A DNA stretch of 64,000 bases from Planctomycetota bacterium (GTDB lineage: Bacteria; Planctomycetota; Phycisphaerae; Phycisphaerales; Phycisphaeraceae). Below are positions 7,301-14,889 of this stretch, one piece after another. The stretch's first letter is position 1, and each line of letters starts with the position of its first letter. The position numbers and the translations under genes are program-made. Location of the stretch: NCBI GenBank assembly GCA_024279865.1, contig JAJRRC010000109.1, positions 17,513 through 81,512 of the forward strand, in the 5' to 3' direction. The notes beneath the pieces are model-generated. The model had not been told where the DNA came from. It did not search any database and saw nothing but the letters and a program-made list of their open reading frames with translations.

Positions 7301-9594
7301 GCGACAAAATCCATGAAATACTTGTGCAATGGGAACATTTGCCTGCCGCACGTCGACCTTGGCTGTACCAGAAATTGCACAACCCGCGTTTGTTTGATCG
7401 TGGCCGCACCTCCTACGATGGCAAGCAAGACGAGCAAGGCAAGCTCGATGTCGGCCGCCCTTACGACAAGCTGAAAATGCCGAAGTTCTTCCTCAAAGAT
7501 AGAGAGGCTGATGCCTTGGTGACCTATGTTACCAGTATCCGCCAGCCACTGGTCAGCCAGCGAATGCTCGATGCCACCTACTCCCCTGCCGCCAAACGTG
7601 CGGCAGAAGGACGGCAAATCGCCACGGTCTACAACTGCTACGGCTGCCACAACATCGAAGGCAATGACACCACCGTTGGCCAATTCTTTGACACGCATAA
7701 TCCAGATGGTTCATTCAAACAGGACAACCTCAACTGGGCTCCGCCTCGCCTCATTGGCCAAGGCTCTAAAACCCAGCCTGACTGGTTGTTTAGCTTTATG
7801 CAGAATGTTCAACCGATTCGACCTTGGCTGGAAATTCGTATGCCCAGCTTCCCACTTGATGGGCATGACGCTTCTGCCGTGGTCGATTACTTTTCCGGGT
7901 CCACGCAGTTGCTCGGTGAAGACCTCGCGCAAATTCTTAAACCCATTGACAAGTTCCGAGCCAATGCACCCCAGGCGCCTTGGTACGAAGTTCTTTCACT
8001 CACAAGCCCTGTCTCTAAACTACGAGACTTTGCCGTCACAGCGGACTTGACCACACAGGCCAGTCTTGACCCACGCACCACCGATGCCGACACGCTCAAG
8101 GAAAATTGGAATGCCATTTTAGCCAAGGTTCGTACCTTGACAAATGTGTATCAGACTTCCTATCCCTACACCGGTCACTACTGGCCTAAGAGCAATGAAA
8201 TGGAACTGGTTCGTGGTGAACGGCTCTTCACCCAGATGGGCTGCATGGCTGGTGCCTGTCATCGCATGGGCGACGAACAAATCCTCGGCGACGCGGGTCT
8301 GCTCGTCGGTCAACCCGTGGCTTCTGCTGACGACGACGAAGGCGATGATGACGGCTACGGCGACGACGATGAAGGCGATGACGACGGCTACGGCGATGAT
8401 GATGAAGACGGCGATGACAATTTTGCCATGGTCAGCATCGCTCCACAAAAAGCCCCAGAGGGCGCTCCCAACTTGATGCATGTCGCAGGTCGACTTCAGC
8501 ATCAATGGGTCCGTCAGTGGCTTGAGCATGCCGCCGCCATTCAGCCTGGCACCCGAATGCAGGAGTTCTGGCCTCACGGCGACTCCTTCTTCAAGCCTTT
8601 CCCCGCGGACATGCGCCAGCCCAAAGAAGCGATCTTCGGCCAGACCGGGCAGCAACAAAAAGACCTGATGCTTCAGTTCCTTTATTCTGCTGGCCCCAAG
8701 CGGATCACCTACAGCACCGATGGCTCACGACTGGGCCCGGGTAAAAGCAATGCTTCGAATATCAAACTTGAAGCCTTGAAAGTGACAGCACCCACATCCG
8801 ATGCCCCCGCGGCAAATCAGCCTGCTCCAGAAGAACCCAAAGCGGCTGTGATTGCAAAACCTCAAGCAGTCGCCCCCGTGGCTCCCAAGCCAGTGGTGCT
8901 CAAATCTGCCATTGAACTACACGACGGTTCAATCGCCACCGATACCCAAACCCGTATCGTGGGTGTGGTGAGTTATGAAGGTAAAAAATCGCGACGCAAG
9001 AAAATCCGTATGTCTGCCGACCCCATTTGTGCGAAATATCACAAAACAACTGGCATCATTCCCTTGCGTGAAGATTTCATCGTGAACAAAGATGGCTCCT
9101 TCACCAATGTCTTCATTCATGTGATCAAAGGCCCTGTCGGTTCACCAACGGTTCCCACCAAGCCCGCTGTCTTGGACCAAGTCGGCTGCGTCTACCATCC
9201 TCATGTGATGGGTGTCGTCGCTGGCCAACCCGTAAAAATTCTCAATAGTGACCCGACCTTGCACAATGTAAAGTTCACCAGCAAGAAAAATGGCAAGTTC
9301 AATGAAGGCATGCCCGTCAAAGGCATGGTCATCAACAAAGTGTTCAGTAAGCCTGAAATGAGCATGAAGCTCAAATGCGATGTTCATGCCTGGATGGGCG
9401 GAACCATCCATGTGGTGGACACCCCCTACTTTGCGGTAAGTGACGTGCAAGGACGCTTTGAAATCCGTGGCCTACCACCTGGCCAATACACCCTCAAAGC
9501 AGTGCATGAAAACAAACGAATCGCACCAGTTACATTTGATGTGACCGTCAAGCCACAAACCTCAATCCGGGCAGATATCACTCTCACACGATAA
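4342..9594 (+). CDS. membrane-anchored giant multihaem cytochrome c fused to a C-terminal cupredoxin plus CarboxypepD_reg-like module
   Basis: 1750 aa with an N-terminal TM helix and a coiled-coil region. Seven CxxCH motifs are present (CNTCH, CTVCH, CARCH, CANCH, CMSCH, CNGCH, CYGCH) plus one CMAGACH. RMP-type Met-ligand loops recur. The C-terminus carries LHNV...CDVHAWM, an amicyanin-like type-1 Cu ligand pattern. Confidence 0.85.
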   Translation: MPVSTENFWNIKKLNIAFLLTAALLFLGTQMFVVKDYWRNWRTYQRQARVWKTAMTHEAMLLVDTPTMHRKIAEVQAQIEKLQKELPQQELAELQRQIDEAVSEQNKRALKMAVVKGEIGPKIQILERSVLSLGKDHPDTVKVQVELAAIQANYDQKFAAMSTLTIQVGELSKTLRDKQLAVTNTQKKLSELTDLKAVLVEKLGKSDPQGLHKIDEIARNLPLLDWLNPSEKVQQVVIPDVLSDYHFVQMETIDRCNTCHVNIADPAFEPTALLSFVERQIAVTEGQDIDQLGNVKPVVLLDFWLQAAEHGSLQLSNATDAVAKQAMGRLNTLREEAGLETLESAEQVLAQLKKGITSTVDSKQYAQTRYYLDDLQGAIEKVLGKTEFGKLKDLYRQTAIAQYNAARSEQGLSQVSADPVLMGHPRMDLFVEVQSKHPINTMGCTVCHEGAGQETDFTHATHTPRNMWVDQATGTPIPDLLVGDRIGTAHTIAKMIRAGGEAQSHASEGDHDKSHGQYTHADLNLNNPENPAPFSPVHDPHGNTAAYRDPTSGELRPAVKQADFWGKKHNWHEVTYMHWEKPMHSLDYVESGCARCHTKIFDIQDAAPKLFEGRKLFAQLGCANCHGVEDLKEAKDTKQVGPSLVHVKNKLSSEMMASWIWAPKAFRPTTRMPHYFMLENNASSIDILRTRVEVAAITHYLQSTPTAKDAAPYTPQQAPEQTGDVEAGRQLFKTVGCMSCHANMTEFGDQWILEDLATNQGLSTPQAKERHQAMSYNQKHWYAMEHLEDKFSLVGPELSGVGTKLKADRTPEEARAWLFDWLRHPNHYSSYTIMPSFRLDDAEANDLAAYLLTLERPGYKTQDFMKLDDPSKQMLLKLVSSLKVGQMTIDASETLVSGSMNEQEQLAYLGGKMITHYGCNGCHAINGFEDAPSACANLDGWGVKDPHKIDFGYFDHAFDKQRTKPLSIQKVDHEGLQADAPQITANSDKIHEILVQWEHLPAARRPWLYQKLHNPRLFDRGRTSYDGKQDEQGKLDVGRPYDKLKMPKFFLKDREADALVTYVTSIRQPLVSQRMLDATYSPAAKRAAEGRQIATVYNCYGCHNIEGNDTTVGQFFDTHNPDGSFKQDNLNWAPPRLIGQGSKTQPDWLFSFMQNVQPIRPWLEIRMPSFPLDGHDASAVVDYFSGSTQLLGEDLAQILKPIDKFRANAPQAPWYEVLSLTSPVSKLRDFAVTADLTTQASLDPRTTDADTLKENWNAILAKVRTLTNVYQTSYPYTGHYWPKSNEMELVRGERLFTQMGCMAGACHRMGDEQILGDAGLLVGQPVASADDDEGDDDGYGDDDEGDDDGYGDDDEDGDDNFAMVSIAPQKAPEGAPNLMHVAGRLQHQWVRQWLEHAAAIQPGTRMQEFWPHGDSFFKPFPADMRQPKEAIFGQTGQQQKDLMLQFLYSAGPKRITYSTDGSRLGPGKSNASNIKLEALKVTAPTSDAPAANQPAPEEPKAAVIAKPQAVAPVAPKPVVLKSAIELHDGSIATDTQTRIVGVVSYEGKKSRRKKIRMSADPICAKYHKTTGIIPLREDFIVNKDGSFTNVFIHVIKGPVGSPTVPTKPAVLDQVGCVYHPHVMGVVAGQPVKILNSDPTLHNVKFTSKKNGKFNEGMPVKGMVINKVFSKPEMSMKLKCDVHAWMGGTIHVVDTPYFAVSDVQGRFEIRGLPPGQYTLKAVHENKRIAPVTFDVTVKPQTSIRADITLTR
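8329..8418 (+). repeat. in-frame 33-nt tandem repeat (about 2.7 units) encoding DDDEGDDDGYG
   Basis: gacgacgacgaaggcgatgatgacggctacggc repeats directly inside the cytochrome gene. Confidence 0.9.
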
Positions 9595-9706
9595 AAATTG
9601 ACCATTGATAACCCAACCATGCAGCCTAGAACCTCTTTGGGGTGTAGGGATCAATAAACACAAATACAAAACTCTCTCTTTTTAGTTCCTGAAAGGACTA
9701 CATCTG

Positions 9707-10495
9707 ATGTCAAGAAAAATAATGACCCTCACGCTGGCTCTCGTCGTGGCCACAGCCCTCATCGGCCTGTCAGCCCAGCAAGCAACCGCGAACGAAGGAA
9801 TCAACATCGGCGGCTCCACCCTTGCAGGTGGCTCGATCAAAGGCTCCGTCAAATTTGAAGGCAAACAGGTCAAGCGCCGCAAGATCAAAATGTCGGCAGA
9901 CCCTTATTGCGCCAAATCTCACGCGAGCAATATTTCTCTAAATGAAAAATTTGTCTTTGGCGACCACAACACCCTCCAAAACGTCTTCGTCTGGGTCAGT
10001 GGTGGCATTGCCAAAGGTGACTATCCTCCCATTCACACCAAACCCCTGCTCGATCAAACCGGCTGCATGTATGTCCCTCACGTCAGTGGCGTCGTGACAG
10101 GCCAAGAATTTACCATCCTCAACAATGATGAAACCCTGCATAACGTGAAAGTTAATCCCAAATTGAACAAACCCTTCAACGAAGGGATGCCTGTCAAGGG
10201 AATGACGCTGAAAAAAACCTTCACCAAAGCTGAAATGGGCGTGCACTTTAAATGTGATGTCCATGCGTGGATGAGCGCTTTTATACATGTGGTGGACCAT
10301 CCCTTCTTTGCTGTCACCCAACAGGATGGCACCTTTGAAATCCGTGGCTTGCCTGCTGGCGAGTATGAAGTAAGCGTGTGGCATGAGTTCAAACGATTTG
10401 CTCCCACAGCCAAAACGATCAAAGTCACCGTCGAAGCAGGTAAAGCAAGCGACGCATCTTTCACCTACAGTCCCAAGAAGAAGAAAAAGAAGTAA
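9707..10495 (+). CDS. secreted cupredoxin (type-1 Cu) plus CarboxypepD_reg-like domain protein
   Basis: A Sec signal ends ...SAQQATA. The protein is about 55% identical to the last ~220 aa of the upstream giant cytochrome (MSADPxCAK, GCxYxPHV, LHNVK, KCDVHAWM, FEIRGLP). It ends in KKKKKK. Confidence 0.8.
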   Translation: MSRKIMTLTLALVVATALIGLSAQQATANEGINIGGSTLAGGSIKGSVKFEGKQVKRRKIKMSADPYCAKSHASNISLNEKFVFGDHNTLQNVFVWVSGGIAKGDYPPIHTKPLLDQTGCMYVPHVSGVVTGQEFTILNNDETLHNVKVNPKLNKPFNEGMPVKGMTLKKTFTKAEMGVHFKCDVHAWMSAFIHVVDHPFFAVTQQDGTFEIRGLPAGEYEVSVWHEFKRFAPTAKTIKVTVEAGKASDASFTYSPKKKKKK

Positions 10496-10637
10496 AAGAT
10501 GATTAAGTCTTTTTAAGATCAGTAGATATAAAATTAGACAAACAACGCCAAGCAAGTCATAATTCCGTTTTATTGGACTTGAGCAGGGAAGCATCAATTC
10601 TTTGGTAGCTTCCTACACTTGGCATGGATCATGATAC

Positions 10638-10673
10638 CCAGGCCGCAGTCCATTGACTGCGGCCTGGTTTTTT
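10638..10673 (+). terminator. strong rho-independent terminator
   Basis: ccaggccgcagtc-catt-gactgcggcctgg forms a 13-bp stem and is followed by tttttt. Confidence 0.85.
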
Positions 10674-10689
10674 GTCATAGGAGCAACAT

Positions 10690-11700
10690 GTGCAAAGCAA
10701 ATTGATTTCTTATCTCATGATGATGGCTGGCGGCCTTGGACTGGTCACTTCACCCGTTTTAGCACAACAATCACCTATCACTGAATCCCAGGCTGATCCG
10801 GGCTGGTGGCTTCCAGCGGACTTTTCAACCGAAGGTCACCGAATTGATGAACTCTTCAACATCATCTTTTATCTAACCAGCGTAGTTGGACTAGCGGTCA
10901 TGCTCTGCCTAGTCGTCTTTTTGTTTCTCTACCGCTACCGAGCAGGAAGACAGGCCAAATTTGTTCATGGCAACTTAAAACTCGAAGCCGTCTGGACCTT
11001 AATTCCCACGGTGATTTTGGCCGTCATTGCCGCCTATGGCCAGTCTACCTGGTCGATGATGAAATACACTGAATCACTACCCTCTGGCGATGAAGTGATC
11101 CGCATCAATGTCACAGGCAGACAGTTCCAATGGTTCTTCCACTACCCCGGCCGAGACGGCAAGTTTGGAAAGACCCATCCCCAATGGCGACAAAATACAG
11201 GCGAACCTGACCGGGAAGTCGGCCTCATGCGTGGCGATGCTGAGGATATCTTCTCTGAAGAACAATACGCAGCCATTGCAGCAGACCCCGCTCGCAAACA
11301 CCTGCTCGAAACAGACCCCGCTGCCAAGGATGATATTGTCATTGGCCAAATGGTGGTCCCCCAAGGGAAAAAAATCCTTTGCACGCTTAACAGCATCGAC
11401 GTGATCCATAGTTTTTACTTGCCACAGTTTCGCGTCAAGCAAGACCTCGTGCCTGGCCTGCTGACCACAGCATGGTTTGAAGCCACCGCCACCAGCGGCG
11501 AATACGTCGGCCGCTCAGCAGACCAATCCCCCACGCTGGGCTATGCAAAACCTTTTGACATTGTTTGTGCTGAACTCTGTGGCCAAGGACATTTCAAAAT
11601 GCGAGGCCAACTTTTTGTCGTCACCGACGATCAATACAAAGCCTTCCTCGCTGAACAGGAAGAAGACCTAGACCTCAATTCAGAAGAAGACAGTTATTAA
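10690..11700 (+). CDS. ctaC: cytochrome c oxidase subunit II (CuA)
   Basis: GTG start preceded by AGGAG. The protein has a signal or TM region, two TM helices, DVIHSFYLPQF and the CuA motif CAELCGQGHFKM. Confidence 0.9.
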   Translation: MQSKLISYLMMMAGGLGLVTSPVLAQQSPITESQADPGWWLPADFSTEGHRIDELFNIIFYLTSVVGLAVMLCLVVFLFLYRYRAGRQAKFVHGNLKLEAVWTLIPTVILAVIAAYGQSTWSMMKYTESLPSGDEVIRINVTGRQFQWFFHYPGRDGKFGKTHPQWRQNTGEPDREVGLMRGDAEDIFSEEQYAAIAADPARKHLLETDPAAKDDIVIGQMVVPQGKKILCTLNSIDVIHSFYLPQFRVKQDLVPGLLTTAWFEATATSGEYVGRSADQSPTLGYAKPFDIVCAELCGQGHFKMRGQLFVVTDDQYKAFLAEQEEDLDLNSEEDSY

Positions 11701-11747
11701 AAGCAATCAGTAAGAAAAGAAAAAACGGCTTCGGGCCCTTGCTCTTT

Positions 11748-11770
11748 TACTCTGACTGACAACTAACAGC
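11748..11770 (+). repeat. CTGA-rich stop cluster, short variant
   Basis: tactctgactgacaactaacagc lies 40 nt upstream of the ctaD ATG. Confidence 0.4.
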
Positions 11771-11809
11771 TTAAAAAGCGAATCGCTTTTTAAAAAAGGA
11801 TATTTCTCT

Positions 11810-14716
11810 ATGAGCGACGCTGGACACCATCAAGAACCGACCAACTTCTGGCAGAAGTGGGTCTTTAGCACTGACCACAAAGTCATCGGCCTGCAATTTT
11901 TGTTTGCAGCGATCCTGTTCGTCCTGCTGGGCGGATCGATGGCCATTGCGGTTCGATATCAACTTGCCTGGCCTAGCCAGCATGTGCCTTACTATCAGAT
12001 ACTCCCTGGGGATATGACCAGTGAAGCGCCTGAAGCCAACGTGGCCCACTGGCATATTGGCGATGAAGTTCACTTCACCGCCTCGGTCCAAGGGTTGCCC
12101 ATTGGAACGGTCGCCACCATCACCGACTTCCCTCAAGGCGTTGCCGTCACCGTGCCAATCGGTACACATGTGCAAACTGCCGCCGGCCTAGTCAAAGTCG
12201 TCCGTGAAGACACCCACGCCACCGTGCCGATCTCACGCATCATGGGCGGCTACCAATATGCCCAGCAAAACGCCCTCGTCGGCCTCGGTCAACAGGTCAC
12301 ACTTGCTGATGGTGAAACATGGACCATCCTCGGCCATGAAATTCATGTCGCAACTGGAATCAACAGCGAACAGATCACCTTGAAAAAAGAACCTGTTCGT
12401 CTTCCCGTCCGAGCGGCTGACACCGTCGTGAGCATTGAAGTTCTCGATCAAGAGGTCGTCAATGACGACGGTGAATCTCAAGCCGTTCAAGGTCAAAGTA
12501 ACCTCGCCGTCAAAGCCACCGAAGTCACCGTCCTCAAAGAGGCCTTGACCACCGATGCCTATCTGCAACTGTTCACCATGCACGCCACGATCATGGTGTT
12601 CTTCGTATTGATGCCTGTGCTGTTGGGTGGGTTTGGGAACTTCTTAATTCCTTTGATGATTGGCGCTCGGGACATGGCGTTCCCCAAACTGAACATGCTT
12701 AGCTTTTGGATTTCTGTTCCTGCGAGTCTGATCATGCTACTGAGCTTCTGGGTGCTGCATGGCCCTGCTGGTGGTGGCTGGACAATGTATCCGCCGTTGT
12801 CAGGACTCGGTTTTATCAAGCCTGAACTGGGAACGACCTTGTGGCTTGTCTCCATTGCATTGGTGGGCTTTACCACGATTGTCGGCACCCTCAATTACAT
12901 CACCACCATTATCAACATGCGAGCCCCGGGCTTGGACATGTTCCGCTTGCCATTGACCGTCTGGTCCTTACTGGTCACCTCGGTGCTGGCCTTGTTTGCC
13001 ACGCCTGTGTTAACGGCTGCGGGCATCATGCTTCTCATGGACCGCACGATGGGAACGATGTTTTTCATTGCTGAAAAAGGTGGCCAACCGTTGCTGTGGC
13101 AACATCTGTTCTGGTTTTTTGGTCATCCTGAAGTGTACATTTTGATTTTGCCTCCGATGGGAATCACCAGTGACATTTTGGCCACGTTTTGCCGCAAGCC
13201 GATCTTTGGTTACAAGCCGATGGTCTTCGCCATGAGCGCGATTGCGGGTCTGGGCTTTATCGTCTGGGGACATCACATGTTCCAGTCAGGCATGAACCCC
13301 TTGTTGGGAACCACCTTCATGGCTGCCACGACCATGATCGCAGTCCCATCAGCCATTAAAACTTTTAACTGGCTCGGAACCATCTGGGGCGGCAACGTGA
13401 AATTCGAAGGACCCATGCTTTGGGCTCTTGGCTTTGTCAGCATGTTCGTCATCGGCGGTTTGTCTGGCATCTTCATGGCATCAGCCCCTGTGGACATCCA
13501 CATTCACGATACGTACTTCATCGTTGGCCATATCCATTACGTCTTCTTTGGTGGAACGATCATGGCGACCTTTGCGGGCGTTTACTACTGGTTCCCCAAA
13601 ATGTTCGGCACACAGCTCAACCAGAAATGGGTCAAAGCTCACTTCTGGATGACTCTCATCGGCCTTAACGGAACCTTCTTCCTGATGCACGTTCTAGGCG
13701 TTGCGGGTCATCCCCGTCGTTATGCCTCGATCATGGAATACCCCACGCTTGAACATTTGCAACCGATGAACGTCATCATGACGATCTGGGCGATTGCGTT
13801 GGGCATTGCACAATTACCCTTCTTTTTTAACCTCTTTGCATCGATGCCTCGGCGTGGCGGTCGTGCGGTGGCCTCTGTCTTTGTGGCCATGCTCGGCGGA
13901 ACCACCTTTGCCGGGCTGACCTACTGGAATAAATTCTCCGAAGCCCAGTCCGTACTCGGCAAACTGGCCTACGGCCTTGTCGGCTATGGAACCGACACCG
14001 GATTTAGCAATACCCAGGCATGGGTTGGCTACCTCATTCTTTTGATTGTCATGCTTTGGATCTTTGCCAGCATGGTTAAAGGCCTGGTCCCAGGCGGAAA
14101 AATTGCCACGGTCATCTGTGGTGGTCTCACCTTGGCGGGAACCCTTTACTTGATGAACAAGCGGATCACAGGCAAGCTTGCGGACCCTGATATCACTGAT
14201 ATTGTCACGCAAGCCTTGGCTGCGACGAGTGATCTTTGCATCAGCATGGGCTTTGCGTTTGTGTTCATGGCCTTGGGTGTGGCGTTGGTGTATCTCATTT
14301 GGGCCATTGGCGGTCGTTTGAAGATGGTGCGTGTTTTGAATATCGCGTTGCACATCTTCATGTTGCCGATGTTCTTGTCACCGCTGGTTCTCAAGCCTGA
14401 CCTGTGGATCATGCGTGGCATGACACAGATGCTGGACCTGCGTTGTCTGATTTTGGGTTTACTGTGTTTGCCTGGCTTGTTTTACTGGCTGATCAAACGA
14501 CCTGCCGACCAATTTGGTTATGAACCAGGGGACAACCCATGGAAGGCCAACAGCCTGGAATGGACGATTACGTCACCACCTCCGTTCATTAACTTTGAAG
14601 AAATCCCAACGGTCTACCGTGGCCCTTATGAATTCAGCAGTCCCGCTTCGGATGAAGATTACCTGACCCAGGTCACGGAATTGCCGCCAGGCGTTGTTGA
14701 ACCCAAGGGTCATTAG
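11810..14716 (+). CDS. ctaD: cytochrome c oxidase subunit I (A-type haem-copper oxidase) with two large insertions
   Basis: Canonical motifs are present: WFFGHPEVYILILP, GHHMF and HDTYFIVGHIHYVFFGG. The length is 968 aa versus about 530-560 aa for typical enzymes. Confidence 0.9.
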   Translation: MSDAGHHQEPTNFWQKWVFSTDHKVIGLQFLFAAILFVLLGGSMAIAVRYQLAWPSQHVPYYQILPGDMTSEAPEANVAHWHIGDEVHFTASVQGLPIGTVATITDFPQGVAVTVPIGTHVQTAAGLVKVVREDTHATVPISRIMGGYQYAQQNALVGLGQQVTLADGETWTILGHEIHVATGINSEQITLKKEPVRLPVRAADTVVSIEVLDQEVVNDDGESQAVQGQSNLAVKATEVTVLKEALTTDAYLQLFTMHATIMVFFVLMPVLLGGFGNFLIPLMIGARDMAFPKLNMLSFWISVPASLIMLLSFWVLHGPAGGGWTMYPPLSGLGFIKPELGTTLWLVSIALVGFTTIVGTLNYITTIINMRAPGLDMFRLPLTVWSLLVTSVLALFATPVLTAAGIMLLMDRTMGTMFFIAEKGGQPLLWQHLFWFFGHPEVYILILPPMGITSDILATFCRKPIFGYKPMVFAMSAIAGLGFIVWGHHMFQSGMNPLLGTTFMAATTMIAVPSAIKTFNWLGTIWGGNVKFEGPMLWALGFVSMFVIGGLSGIFMASAPVDIHIHDTYFIVGHIHYVFFGGTIMATFAGVYYWFPKMFGTQLNQKWVKAHFWMTLIGLNGTFFLMHVLGVAGHPRRYASIMEYPTLEHLQPMNVIMTIWAIALGIAQLPFFFNLFASMPRRGGRAVASVFVAMLGGTTFAGLTYWNKFSEAQSVLGKLAYGLVGYGTDTGFSNTQAWVGYLILLIVMLWIFASMVKGLVPGGKIATVICGGLTLAGTLYLMNKRITGKLADPDITDIVTQALAATSDLCISMGFAFVFMALGVALVYLIWAIGGRLKMVRVLNIALHIFMLPMFLSPLVLKPDLWIMRGMTQMLDLRCLILGLLCLPGLFYWLIKRPADQFGYEPGDNPWKANSLEWTITSPPPFINFEEIPTVYRGPYEFSSPASDEDYLTQVTELPPGVVEPKGH

Positions 14717-14846
14717 TTTCAACGGTCCAAGTATTGATTGTCCGTCACCTGTAAAAAGGAGAGGTCAGGCTGGGCTTTAAAAGATTCCAGAATCGACAAT
14801 TGGTTATAAGCTATCATGATTCGGATTCCCGTTTAAAGCGGCCTTC

Positions 14847-14883
14847 GTCTGATTGATCACTGAAAACCAGTCACTGAAAACTT
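14847..14883 (+). repeat. CTGA-rich stop cluster
   Basis: gtctgattgatcactgaaaaccagtcactgaaaactt ends 7 nt before the ctaA ATG. Confidence 0.45.
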
Positions 14884-14889
14884 CTTAAA

